From contig JBKPCV010000046.1 in NCBI GenBank assembly GCA_046727575.1, positions 9,474 through 73,473 on the forward strand: a stretch of 64,000 nucleotides of DNA, written 5' to 3'. Shown here in pieces: positions 1-9,094 of this stretch (position 1 is its first letter; every line of letters starts with the position of its first letter). The translations under genes and the position numbers were made by a program. Source of the stretch: Actinomycetota bacterium. Its GTDB lineage: Bacteria > Actinomycetota > Acidimicrobiia > IMCC26256 > DASPTH01. The notes beneath the pieces are model-generated. The model was not told the origin of the DNA, ran no database searches, and saw nothing but the letters and a program-made list of their open reading frames with translations.

Positions 1-1298
1 CCGACCTCGGCGTCGTCCAGCAGCACGCGCTGCTCGTCGGCACGGGCATTGGCACGCGCGACGCCGAGGCGGCCGTTGCATCCCTGGAGGAGCTCGCTCT
101 CCTCGTCGACACCGCGGGCGCGGAGCCGGTCGAGACCGTGCTCCAACGGCGAGACCGACCGGATCCCGCGACCTACATCGGCTCGGGCAAGGCCAGAGAG
201 CTGCGGGTGCTCGCCGAGGCGCTCGACGTCGACCTGGTCGTGTTCGACGACGAGCTCACCCCTGCGCAGCAGCGGAACCTCGAGAAGCTGTTCTCGTGCG
301 ATGTCGTCGACCGCGTCGCGCTGATCCTCGACATCTTCGCCCAGCACGCGCACAGCCAGGAGGGCATGGTGCAGGTCGAGCTGGCGCAGCTGCGCTACCG
401 GCTGCCGCGTCTCCGCGGCCGTGGCACGCAGCTGAGCCAGCAGGGGGCAGGCGGTGGTGCGCGTGGCGGCTTGGTCGGGAACCGTGGGCCCGGTGAGACC
501 CAGCTCGAGGTCGACCGCCGGCGCATCCTCGAGCGCGTGCGCAAACTCGAACGCGACCTCGCACGGCTGGGGAAGACCCGCGCGACACAGCGCAAGGCGC
601 GCCGCCGGCGCGAGCTCTCCACCCTGGCGCTGGTCGGCTACACGAACGCCGGAAAGTCCACGCTGCTGAACCGCCTCACGAGCGCCGACGTGCTCGTCGA
701 AGATCGGCTGTTCTCCACCCTCGACCCGACCACGCGTCGTCTGCCGCTCCCGGGTGGCGACGTGGTGCTCATCTCCGACACCGTGGGCTTCGTGCGCCGG
801 CTCCCGCACCAGCTCGTCGAGGCCTTCCACTCCACGCTCGAGGAAGTGGTCGACGCCGACCTGCTCGTGCACGTGGTCGACGGCTCGTCGCATGACGCCG
901 AGGAACAGATCGAAGCGGTGCACGGCGTGCTGCGAGAGATCGGTGCCGAGTCGGTGCCCGAGCTCCTCGCGGTCAACAAGTCCGACGCCGCCGACCGGCG
1001 AGCGATCGACGACCTGCTCGACGCGCACTCAGGGGCCGTGTCGCTCTCGGCGGCGACGGGTGACGGCGTCGATCGCCTGCTCGGCGCGATCCTCGCCCGC
1101 CTCCGCGCCCTCGTTCCGATCGTGGAGCTCGAGGTTCCCTACGAACGCGGCGACGTCGTCGCGGCGCTGCACCGCGACGGGGACGTGCTCGTCGAGGTCC
1201 ACGGTGAGGGCGGCACCCGCGTCCGTGCGCGTCTCCCGCAGCTCGACATCGCCCGCTACGGGGAGTTCGTCGTGGACAATGGCGCCGCACCCGCATGA
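1..1298 (+). CDS. hflX: GTPase HflX (5' end lies upstream of the window; frame 3)
   Basis: Frame 3 is open from base 3 (DLGVVQQHALLVGTG...), upstream of the ORF-track Met at 138. Motifs seen: YIGSGKARELRVLAEAL, GYTNAGKSTLLNRLT (P-loop), ISDTVGF, NKSD. Stop TGA 1296-1298 overlaps the next ATG (ATGA). Confidence 0.9.
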   Translation, partial: DLGVVQQHALLVGTGIGTRDAEAAVASLEELALLVDTAGAEPVETVLQRRDRPDPATYIGSGKARELRVLAEALDVDLVVFDDELTPAQQRNLEKLFSCDVVDRVALILDIFAQHAHSQEGMVQVELAQLRYRLPRLRGRGTQLSQQGAGGGARGGLVGNRGPGETQLEVDRRRILERVRKLERDLARLGKTRATQRKARRRRELSTLALVGYTNAGKSTLLNRLTSADVLVEDRLFSTLDPTTRRLPLPGGDVVLISDTVGFVRRLPHQLVEAFHSTLEEVVDADLLVHVVDGSSHDAEEQIEAVHGVLREIGAESVPELLAVNKSDAADRRAIDDLLDAHSGAVSLSAATGDGVDRLLGAILARLRALVPIVELEVPYERGDVVAALHRDGDVLVEVHGEGGTRVRARLPQLDIARYGEFVVDNGAAPA

Positions 1299-2437
1299 CC
1301 GCGTCGGGCTTCGTCCCACCTCCGTATCCGCACGACCGTCTCTCGGAGCTCAAGGACGTCGCGGCCGCGGTGCCCGGTGGGCTGGTGGATTGCTCCGTCG
1401 GCACGCCCGTCGACCCGATGCCCGAGGTCGCGGTGCGAGCGCTGATGGATGCCACGACGTCCGCCACGGGCTACCCCGCCACGATCGGGAGTCTCTCCTA
1501 CCGTCAAGCGGCGGCCGCCTGGATCGCACGTCGCTTCGGGTGCACGGTCGCGGCGGCGCAGGTCATCGCGTGCATCGGCACGAAGGAGCTCGTCGCGTCG
1601 TTGCCCCGCGCACTCTCGTTGCGCGACCCGACTCGTGATGTCGTGTTGTACCCCGCGGCGTCGTATCCGACGTACGAGATGGGCGCGCTCCTCGCCGGCC
1701 TGCGGGCGGTACCGGTGCCGATCGACGAGCGGTGGCGCATCGATCTGTCCCGCGTGGCGGAAACCGACGCGCAGCGCGCGCTCGTGCTGTGGCTCAACGA
1801 CCCGAGCAACCCGACTGGTGTCGGCGCCACTCCCGACGAGATGGCGGCGTCGGTCGAGTGGGCACGCGCGCGCGGCGTCGTGGTCGCGAGCGACGAGTGC
1901 TACGCCGAGTACACCTACGACGCCGGCGGCGCTCCCGCGGCACCGGTCACCGCGCTAGCGACCGGTACCGAGGGGGTGCTCGCAGTGCACTCGCTGTCGA
2001 AGCGCTCGAACATGGCAGGGTTGCGGGCCGGTTTTGTCGCCGGCGATCACGAGCTCGTCACCTACCTCGGTGAGGTCCGCAAGCACGGTGGGCTCATGAC
2101 ACCGGCACCCGTGCAAGCGGCCGCGGCCGCGGCGCTCGCAGATGACGAGCACGTCCGTGAGCAGCAGGCTCGCTACGCGCGGCGACGCGCGCTCATACTG
2201 CGCGCGCTGGAACCGCGCGATCTCGTGCACGACGGTGGTCCGTCGACCTTCTACTTGTGGCTGCGCAGCGCAGCAGGCCCCGCCGACGGTTGGGCGATCA
2301 CGTCTGACCTCGCGAAGACCGGCCTCCTGGTCGCACCCGGGGACTTCTACGGCCGCGCCGGGGCGGGCCACGCACGCCTCGCGCTCACGGTGACGGACGA
2401 CCAGCTCGCGCTCGCGTGCGATCGACTCACCTCCTGA
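1295..2437 (+). CDS. dapC: N-succinyldiaminopimelate aminotransferase (class I PLP aminotransferase, DapC type)
   Basis: N-terminus PPPYPHDRL...VDCSVGTPVDP resembles actinobacterial DapC. PLP-lysine motif HSLSKRSNMAGLRAGF. It lies directly upstream of dapD and dapE. Confidence 0.8.
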   Translation: MTASGFVPPPYPHDRLSELKDVAAAVPGGLVDCSVGTPVDPMPEVAVRALMDATTSATGYPATIGSLSYRQAAAAWIARRFGCTVAAAQVIACIGTKELVASLPRALSLRDPTRDVVLYPAASYPTYEMGALLAGLRAVPVPIDERWRIDLSRVAETDAQRALVLWLNDPSNPTGVGATPDEMAASVEWARARGVVVASDECYAEYTYDAGGAPAAPVTALATGTEGVLAVHSLSKRSNMAGLRAGFVAGDHELVTYLGEVRKHGGLMTPAPVQAAAAAALADDEHVREQQARYARRRALILRALEPRDLVHDGGPSTFYLWLRSAAGPADGWAITSDLAKTGLLVAPGDFYGRAGAGHARLALTVTDDQLALACDRLTS

Positions 2438-2453
2438 AGGAGATTCGGCAACG

Positions 2454-3281
2454 GTGAACGACCTCGAGAAGACCATCACCGCGCTCTGGGAAGGACGTGA
2501 CGACCTCACGTCGGTGATGCCTCACGACGAGGCGACGCGCGCCGTCCACGACGCCATCGACCTCCTCGATCGTGGTGAGGCACGGGTGGCAGAGGTCTCG
2601 GGTGACGAAGTTGTCGTGTACGAGTGGCTCAAGTACGCGGTGCTCCTGCTCTTCCGGCTCGCGCACATGAAGACCATCGAGCTCGGTCCGTTCGAGTATG
2701 CCGACAAGATCCCGCTCAAGCGCCATTACGAGGAGGCCCGCGTGCGCGTAGTCCCGGGCGCGTCCGCGCGATGGGGCTCGTACCTGGCGCCGGGAGTGAT
2801 CCTCATGCCGAGTTACGTGAACATCGGTGCGCGCGTCGGGGCGGAGACGATGGTCGACACCTGGGCCACCGTCGGATCATGTGCGCAGATCGGTGCGCGT
2901 GTGCACCTGTCCGGCGGCGTCGGTATCGGCGGTGTGCTCGAGCCGCCCCAGGCGGCGCCGGTCGTCATCGGCGACGACGTCACCATCGGGAGCCGGTCCA
3001 TGGTGACGCAAGGAGCACGCGTCGGGGACGGCTCGGTGCTCGGTGAAGGCGTGATCCTCAACCCCGGCATCCCGGTGATCGACGCCGAGACCGGTGAGGA
3101 GCTCTCGAGGGGTGTGGTGCCGCCCTGGAGCATCGTCGTGCAGGCCGGCCGTCCGCGGAAGTTCCCGGGTGGCGAGTTCTCGCTCGCGTGTGCGCTGGTC
3201 ATACGCCGACTGCAAGCTGGCGAGCGTCACGACAAGGCGAAGCTGAACAACATCCTGCGTGACCACGGGATCGCGACGTGA
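2454..3281 (+). CDS. dapD: 2,3,4,5-tetrahydropyridine-2,6-dicarboxylate N-succinyltransferase
   Basis: GTG start preceded by GAAGGAG. LMPSYVNIGARVGAETMVDTWATVGSCAQIGARVHLSGGVGIGGVLEP hexapeptide region closely resembles the roughly 275-aa E. coli-type DapD. Confidence 0.9.
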   Translation: MNDLEKTITALWEGRDDLTSVMPHDEATRAVHDAIDLLDRGEARVAEVSGDEVVVYEWLKYAVLLLFRLAHMKTIELGPFEYADKIPLKRHYEEARVRVVPGASARWGSYLAPGVILMPSYVNIGARVGAETMVDTWATVGSCAQIGARVHLSGGVGIGGVLEPPQAAPVVIGDDVTIGSRSMVTQGARVGDGSVLGEGVILNPGIPVIDAETGEELSRGVVPPWSIVVQAGRPRKFPGGEFSLACALVIRRLQAGERHDKAKLNNILRDHGIAT

Positions 3282-4372
3282 CGTCGGTCGTCGAGCACGA
3301 CGCCACCGACCTGTTCGGGCTCACGGCGGCGCTCGTCGGCGTCCCGTCGGAGAGCCATCACGAAGCCGAGCTCGCCGAGGTGATCGAAGCGCGCCTCGTC
3401 GCACGCGCCCCGTCGCTCAGGATCGACCGGCTCGGTGCGAGCGTGCTCGCCCGCACCGGCCTCGGGCGTGACCGCCGCGTCGTGTTCGGTGGGCACCTCG
3501 ACACGGTCCCCGCGAACGGGAACGAGACGCCGCGCGTCGACGGCGACGTGCTGCACGGCTTGGGTGCGGCCGACATGAAGGGCGGGCTCGCCGTGCTGCT
3601 CCGACTCGCGGAGGAGTTGCACGCGCACCCCGGGAGCGCCCGCCACGATGTCACGCTCGCGTTCTATGAGTGTGAGGAGGTCGCCGACCGGTTCAACGGA
3701 CTCCGACGGATCTTCGACCAGGCGCCCGAGCTCCTCGACGGTGACTTCGCGGTGCTGCTCGAGCCAACGGACACGTGGGTCGAGGCGGGCTGCCAGGGCG
3801 TGCTGGTGCTCGAGGCGCGATTCGAGGGAGAGCGGGCGCACACCGCGCGGCCCTGGATGGGTCGCAATGCCATCCACCGGGCTGCTCCCGTGCTCGGCCG
3901 GCTCGCCACCCACGAGTCCGACACCGTGCTCGTCGACGGACTCGAGTACCGCGAGTCGCTCCAGGTCGTCCGGATCGAGGGAGGGATCGCGGGCAAGTAC
4001 AACGTCGTGCCCGACTCGTGCACGATCGTGGTGGGTCGCCGGTTCGCGCCGTGCACCACGCCAGAACAGGCTGAGGCTCAGCTGCGCGCCCTCCTCGAGG
4101 ACGCGGACGTCGTGAACGAGTTGCAGGCGCAACCGGCGGCGCCTCCGAATCTCGCGAACCCGCTGGTGTCGGACTTCGTCGACGGGCTCCGCCTCCCGGT
4201 ACGCCCGAAGCTCGGCTGGACCGACGTGGCGCGGTTCGCGTCGCGGGGTGTGCCCGCCGTGAACTTCGGTCCGGGGGACCCGGAGATCGCGCATACAGCC
4301 GGGGAGCTCGTGACACGGGAATCGATCGAGCGCGCGTACGCGACGCTCGCGGCTTTCCTGGGCGTGGCCTGA
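3278..4372 (+). CDS. dapE: succinyl-diaminopimelate desuccinylase (M20 family)
   Basis: GTGA overlap with dapD. Motifs GGHLDTVP and LHGLGAADMKGG. Length 364 aa. Confidence 0.85.
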   Translation: MTSVVEHDATDLFGLTAALVGVPSESHHEAELAEVIEARLVARAPSLRIDRLGASVLARTGLGRDRRVVFGGHLDTVPANGNETPRVDGDVLHGLGAADMKGGLAVLLRLAEELHAHPGSARHDVTLAFYECEEVADRFNGLRRIFDQAPELLDGDFAVLLEPTDTWVEAGCQGVLVLEARFEGERAHTARPWMGRNAIHRAAPVLGRLATHESDTVLVDGLEYRESLQVVRIEGGIAGKYNVVPDSCTIVVGRRFAPCTTPEQAEAQLRALLEDADVVNELQAQPAAPPNLANPLVSDFVDGLRLPVRPKLGWTDVARFASRGVPAVNFGPGDPEIAHTAGELVTRESIERAYATLAAFLGVA

Positions 4373-4393
4373 TCGGAACGGAATCGACCGCGC

Positions 4394-5020
4394 CTAAAGG
4401 CGCCTGAGCACGGTAACGACCTTGCCGTAGATCACCACGTCGGAGGGATCAAAGACCATGTCGTCGAGGTCGGCGTTCGCGGGACGGAGCACGACCTTGT
4501 TGCGTCGGCGCGCATACGTCTTGACCGTGGCCTCCTCGCCGGGGATCCCGGCGACGACGGTGTCACCCGGATCCGCGGTGGGCTGCTGACGCACGACGAC
4601 GAAATCACCGTCGAGGATGCCGGCTTCGATCATGGAGTCGCCGCGAACGCGCACCATGAAGAGCTGGCCGTCGCCGGTGAAGTCCTCGGGCAGCGGCAGC
4701 GTCTCCTCGACGTTCTCGGCGGCGAGTACGCCGGTGCCGGCGGCCACATCACCCACCAGCGGGACGTGTCGCACGGGGCGGCGTTCGACCGCGGCGCCGG
4801 ACTCGACGTCGAAGCGGACCTCGATCGCCCGGGGCTTGGTGGGGTCACGCGAGAGGTAGCCCTTGTCCTGCAGGGCGGCGAGGTGCGCGTGCACCGTGGA
4901 GCTGGACGACAGGCCCACCGCCTCGCCGATCTCGCGAACGCTCGGCGGATAGCCGCGGCGGCGGACCTCGGCGTCGACGAACTCGAGCACCTGCCGTTGA
5001 CGGGGGGTCAAATCGGTCAT
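4394..5020 (-). CDS. lexA: LexA repressor
   Basis: MTDLTPRQRQVLEFV...PSVREIGEAVGLSSSSTVHAHLAALQDKGYL winged HTH, Ala-Gly cleavage region VAAG, and S24 peptidase motif VRGDSM. I start at the internal Met (MTDL), not at the ORF-track Met at 5059. Confidence 0.9.
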   Translation of the reverse strand: MTDLTPRQRQVLEFVDAEVRRRGYPPSVREIGEAVGLSSSSTVHAHLAALQDKGYLSRDPTKPRAIEVRFDVESGAAVERRPVRHVPLVGDVAAGTGVLAAENVEETLPLPEDFTGDGQLFMVRVRGDSMIEAGILDGDFVVVRQQPTADPGDTVVAGIPGEEATVKTYARRRNKVVLRPANADLDDMVFDPSDVVIYGKVVTVLRRL

Positions 5021-5052
5021 GCCGGAACAGTAGCACGATCGTGCGTTCGGGG

Positions 5053-5066
5053 CAAACATCTGTTCG
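5053..5066. promoter_or_regulatory. SOS box-like site 1 (cAAAC-N4-GTTCg)
   Basis: CAAACATCTGTTCG lies 33 nt upstream of the lexA ATG. It has one mismatch to the actinobacterial GAAC-N4-GTTC core. Confidence 0.55.
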
Positions 5067-5082
5067 CAGAACCTCTTGACGA

Positions 5083-5096
5083 CGAACGGGTGTTCG
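5083..5096. promoter_or_regulatory. SOS box-like site 2 (CGAAC-N4-GTTCG, perfect dyad)
   Basis: CGAACGGGTGTTCG lies in the lexA / LysM-gene divergent spacer and matches the TCGAAC-N4-GTTCGA consensus core. Confidence 0.7.
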
Positions 5097-5217
5097 TGCG
5101 ACGATCCAAACGCCAGTTCGACCTTCCGGCCATGAGTGTCACACCCCCGTGGTTTGCTCCGAGAGCCACCACCGAGTGCGAGGCCAAGGCCCAGCCGACC
5201 GAGGCAGGAGCAAGCAC

Positions 5218-5577
5218 ATGGTTGCCGTCACGATCACCGAAGTGTTCCGGACCCGGACGAGACCCCCGACGCGTCCCGCGGGCCGGGAGACACGTGCCGT
5301 CTACGTGCGCCGCCGGATCACCGCTGCGCTGCTCGGGATCGCGCTGGTGCTCGCGACGGCGGAGGCGGGTGGCGCGCTCGGGAGCTCCACCCTCGCAGCT
5401 CCCGACCGCCGCCCCGCCGATCCTCCGCACGTGATCGTCCGGCCCGGCGACTCGTTGTGGTCGCTCGCGCGGCGCTTCGCGCCCGGAGAAGATCCGCGCC
5501 CGGTCGTGGATGCGCTTGCGGAGGCTCGCCACGGCGCGCCGCTCCTGCCCGGCGAGCGGGTCGAGTGGCCGAAGTAG
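5218..5577 (+). CDS. small membrane-anchored LysM domain protein
   Basis: TM segment ITAALLGIALVLATA followed by LysM-like HVIVRPGDSLWSLARRF...PGERVEWP. It is divergent from lexA and upstream of nrdR, the same synteny as lexA/Rv2719c/nrdR in mycobacteria (from memory). The start is uncertain (5149 or 5218). Confidence 0.7.
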   Translation: MVAVTITEVFRTRTRPPTRPAGRETRAVYVRRRITAALLGIALVLATAEAGGALGSSTLAAPDRRPADPPHVIVRPGDSLWSLARRFAPGEDPRPVVDALAEARHGAPLLPGERVEWPK

Positions 5578-5628
5578 CACGGCCACGCAGGTGCTCGAGC
5601 GGCCTGCGTCGCGTCTACCGTGACGCGT

Positions 5629-6105
5629 GTGCGCTGCCCGTTCTGCAATGCCGACGACGACAAGGTCGTCGACTCGCGCCCGGCCGACGAGGGCGCAGCC
5701 GTCCGCCGCCGCAGGGAGTGCCTGACGTGTGGGCGTCGGTACACCACCTATGAGCGGATCGACGAGCTCCCGCTCGTGGTGCTGAAGCGGTCCGGCGCCC
5801 GTGAGCCGTTCGATGTCGAGAAGGTGCGCGCCGGGATCGAACGCGCGGTCGCGGGCTCGGCGATCGATGCCGCCGCGGTGCGCGCGCTCTCGGACGAGGT
5901 CGACGAAGCGGCGCGCGCCCGGGGTCACGAGGTCGCGAGCGAGTGGATCGGACGCACCGTGCTCGAGCGGCTGCGCCAGCTCGATCCCGTCTCCGCGGTG
6001 CGTTTCGCGTCCGTCTACAAGGGCTTCGACGACCTCGGCGACTTCGAGCGCGAGGTCGTGGAGCTCCAGAAGAGCAGTGCGCCCAAGCCGCGGAACACGC
6101 GATAG
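5629..6105 (+). CDS. nrdR: transcriptional repressor NrdR
   Basis: Zinc ribbon CPFC...CLTCGRRYTTYE followed by an ATP-cone. The GTG at 5629 gives the typical M-R-C-P-F-C N-terminus. The ORF-track start at 5620 is also possible. Confidence 0.9.
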   Translation: MRCPFCNADDDKVVDSRPADEGAAVRRRRECLTCGRRYTTYERIDELPLVVLKRSGAREPFDVEKVRAGIERAVAGSAIDAAAVRALSDEVDEAARARGHEVASEWIGRTVLERLRQLDPVSAVRFASVYKGFDDLGDFEREVVELQKSSAPKPRNTR

Positions 6106-6203
6106 GCGCACGCGAGGGATTTGCGCGACAACCCTTGCAATCACATCGGTGTAGTTCTATGGTTGTCCTTCGCACCACCATGTAGCGTCGTCGGCGTGGG
6201 AAG

Positions 6204-6219
6204 CCACAAGATATTGTGC
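6204..6219. promoter_or_regulatory. NrdR box
   Basis: CCACAAGATATTGTGC matches the 16-bp palindromic NrdR-box consensus (acaCwAtATaTwGtgt). It lies 38 nt upstream of the nrdJ ATG in an AT-richer patch. Confidence 0.65.
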
Positions 6220-6256
6220 TTGGTGCGCGCCGGAACCGAGGGAGACAGGAGGCGGG

Positions 6257-9004
6257 ATGGCAATCGCGCCGGAGCAGACCGGGATCGGGATCGGCCGCTA
6301 CTTCACCCGGCCGGGAACGCACCCCTACGACGTCGTCCGGTGGGAGCGCCGCGACGCTCGCATCCAGAACTACAAGGACGGCACCGACGCGTTCTTCCAG
6401 CCCGACGTCGAGTTCCCGACGACCTGGTCGCAGAACGCCACCAACATCGTCGCCCAGAAGTACTTCCGCGGCACGCTCGGCACGCCCGAGCGCGAGACGT
6501 CGCTCAAGGAAGTGATCGACCGCATCGCCGACACGATCACCGCGTGGGGCATGCGCGACGGCTACTTCGTCGACGATCGTGAAGGCAGCGCGTTCCGCAA
6601 CGAGCTGAAGTACATCCTCCTCACCCAACGCGCGGCGTTCAACTCACCCGTGTGGTTCAACATCGGCGTCAAGGGCGAGCGCCAGCAAGGCTCCGCGTGC
6701 TTCATCCTCGCGGTCGACGACACGATGGACGGCATCCTCAACTGGTACCGCGAGGAGGGGATCATCTTCAAGGGCGGTTCGGGATCGGGCATCAACCTGT
6801 CGTCGATCCGCTCGTCGTACGAGCACCTCAAGGGGGACGGCACCGCGAGTGGCCCGGTGAGCTTCATGCGCGGCGCCGACGCGTCCGCCGGGACGATCAA
6901 GAGCGGGGGCAAGACGCGTCGCGCCGCGAAGATGGTCATCCTCGACGTCGACCATCCCGACATCGAGGAGTTCATCTGGTGCAAGGCGATCGAGGAGCGC
7001 AAGGCGCGCGCATTGCGCGACGCAGGGTTCGACATGGACCTCGACGGTCGTGACAGCCACTCGATCCAGTACCAGAACGCCAACAACTCGGTGCGCGTCA
7101 CCGACGACTTCATGCAGGCTGTGCTCGACGACCGCGACTGGCACCTTCGCGCGGTCACGACCGGTGACACGATCACGACGGTGAAGGCGCGCGAGCTCAT
7201 GCGTCAGATCTCGGAGGCAGCTTGGGAGTGCGCCGATCCCGGCATGCAGTTCGACACGACCATAAACCGTTGGCACACCGCGCCGAACACCGGCCGGATC
7301 AACGGCAGCAACCCCTGTAGTGAGTACATGCACCTCGACAACTCGGCGTGCAACCTCGCCAGCATCAACCTCCTGAAGTACCTCGGCGACGATGACACCT
7401 TCGATGTCGACGCGTTCAAGCACACGGTCGAGGTGATCATCACCGCGCAGGAGATCCTCGTCGGCAACGCCGACTACCCGACGGAGAAGATCGCCGACAC
7501 CAGCCGAAAGTTCCGCCAGCTAGGTCTGGGCTACGCGAACCTCGGTGCGCTCCTCATGGCCCTGGGCCTGCCCTACGACTCCGACGAAGGCCGGGCGTGG
7601 GCCGGCGCGATCACGGCGCTCATGTCGGGGCACGCGTACGCGACGAGCGCGCGCACTGCCGCGCGCATGGGCCCCTTTGCCGGCTACACCGACAACGCCG
7701 ACGCGATGCTCGGCGTGTTGCGCATGCACCGCGCCGAGGCCGCGAAGATCGACGAGGAGCTGGTGCCGCCCGAGTTGCTGGGCTCCGCGCAGCTGGCGTG
7801 GGACGACGCCGTGGAGCTGGGCGATGCCTACGGCGTGCGCAACAGCCAGTGCTCCGTGCTCGCTCCCACCGGGACGATTGGGTTGGCGCTCGATTGCGAT
7901 ACGACGGGCATCGAGCCCGACCTCGCGCTCATGAAGGCGAAGAAGCTCGTCGGCGGTGGAACCATGCTCATCGTCAACCAGACGATCCCTCGTGCGCTCC
8001 GCCGCCTGGGGTACTCAGACGAGCAGATCGAGACGATCGTCGGGTACATCGACGACAACAAGACGATCATCGGCGCGCCGTGGTTCAACCCCGAGCACCT
8101 TCCAGTGTTCGCGTGCTCCATGGGCGACAACGCCATTCACTACATGGGTCACGTGAAGATGATGAGCGCCGTCCAGCCGTTCATCTCCGGCGCGATCTCG
8201 AAGACGGTCAACATGCCCGAGGAAGTCACCGTCGAGGACGTCGAGCAGCTGCACGTCGACGCGTGGAAGCTCGGCATCAAGGCCATCGCGATCTACCGCG
8301 ACAACTGCAAGGTCGCACAACCGCTCGCCACCCAGAAGAAGGCGACCGACGACACGCCGGTGCTCACCGACCAGGTCGAGCGGATCGTCGAGCACGTGAT
8401 CGTGCAGGAGCCGGTCCGGCAGAAGCTGCCGCGTACGCGCAACTCCAAGACATTCTCGTTCAGGGTGGCCGACTGCCGGGGCTTCGCCACGGTGGCCGAG
8501 TACGAGGACGGTCGTCCCGGCGAGCTCTTCCTCAACGTCTCGAAGCAGGGCTCAACGCTCGCGGGGATCATGGACTCGTTCGCGATCGCGGTGAGCCACG
8601 GCCTGCAGTACGGCGTGCCGCTGCGCGCCTTCGTCGAGACGTTCACCAACCGTCGCTTCGAGCCTGCCGGCATGACCGACGACCCGGACATCCGGATCGC
8701 CACGAGCCTCGTCGACTACATCTTCCGCAAGCTCGCGGTCGAGTACCTGCCGTACGACGAGCGCGCGGAGATCGGTGTGCTCACCACCGGTGAGCGGATG
8801 CAGCCCACGTTGCCCGGCGTCGAGGAGGCCGTCACGGTCGACGAGCCGATGCGTGACGCGCTCCCGCTGGCCGACCAGCGACCGTCGGCGTCGATGCGGA
8901 GGTCGGGCGAGACGGTGATCTGTCACGTCTGCGGCGACATCATGCAGCGCACAGGGAGCTGTCACGCGTGCCCGAGCTGCGGAGCGACGAGCGGCTGTTC
9001 GTAA
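6257..9004 (+). CDS. nrdJ: adenosylcobalamin-dependent ribonucleoside-diphosphate reductase (class II)
   Basis: 915 aa. N-terminus YFTRPGTHPYD...NATNIVAQKYFRG. Motifs FNSPVWFNIG and NPCSEY. C-terminal Cys-rich tail CHVCGDIMQRTGSCHACPSCGATSGCS. SD GGAGACAGGAGG lies before the ATG. Confidence 0.9.
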   Translation: MAIAPEQTGIGIGRYFTRPGTHPYDVVRWERRDARIQNYKDGTDAFFQPDVEFPTTWSQNATNIVAQKYFRGTLGTPERETSLKEVIDRIADTITAWGMRDGYFVDDREGSAFRNELKYILLTQRAAFNSPVWFNIGVKGERQQGSACFILAVDDTMDGILNWYREEGIIFKGGSGSGINLSSIRSSYEHLKGDGTASGPVSFMRGADASAGTIKSGGKTRRAAKMVILDVDHPDIEEFIWCKAIEERKARALRDAGFDMDLDGRDSHSIQYQNANNSVRVTDDFMQAVLDDRDWHLRAVTTGDTITTVKARELMRQISEAAWECADPGMQFDTTINRWHTAPNTGRINGSNPCSEYMHLDNSACNLASINLLKYLGDDDTFDVDAFKHTVEVIITAQEILVGNADYPTEKIADTSRKFRQLGLGYANLGALLMALGLPYDSDEGRAWAGAITALMSGHAYATSARTAARMGPFAGYTDNADAMLGVLRMHRAEAAKIDEELVPPELLGSAQLAWDDAVELGDAYGVRNSQCSVLAPTGTIGLALDCDTTGIEPDLALMKAKKLVGGGTMLIVNQTIPRALRRLGYSDEQIETIVGYIDDNKTIIGAPWFNPEHLPVFACSMGDNAIHYMGHVKMMSAVQPFISGAISKTVNMPEEVTVEDVEQLHVDAWKLGIKAIAIYRDNCKVAQPLATQKKATDDTPVLTDQVERIVEHVIVQEPVRQKLPRTRNSKTFSFRVADCRGFATVAEYEDGRPGELFLNVSKQGSTLAGIMDSFAIAVSHGLQYGVPLRAFVETFTNRRFEPAGMTDDPDIRIATSLVDYIFRKLAVEYLPYDERAEIGVLTTGERMQPTLPGVEEAVTVDEPMRDALPLADQRPSASMRRSGETVICHVCGDIMQRTGSCHACPSCGATSGCS

Positions 9005-9094
9005 CCACCGCCGAGCCGCCGAGAACACCTGCGCCTTGAGGCCCTGACCGGCGACGACGTGCGATGATGGGGGGTCCCTGCGCCGGAGGCCACC

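Noticed and set aside
6140-6190. Second NrdR box (CACATCGGTGTAG or GCACCACCATGTAGCG)
   Set aside because: There are too many mismatches to the palindromic consensus. It is kept only as a comment in the NrdR finding.
9005-9094. Cyclic-di-AMP (ydaO-type) riboswitch upstream of the cell-wall hydrolase-like gene
   Set aside because: The spacer is only 90 nt, and I cannot find the conserved pseudo-two-fold helices. The evidence is insufficient.
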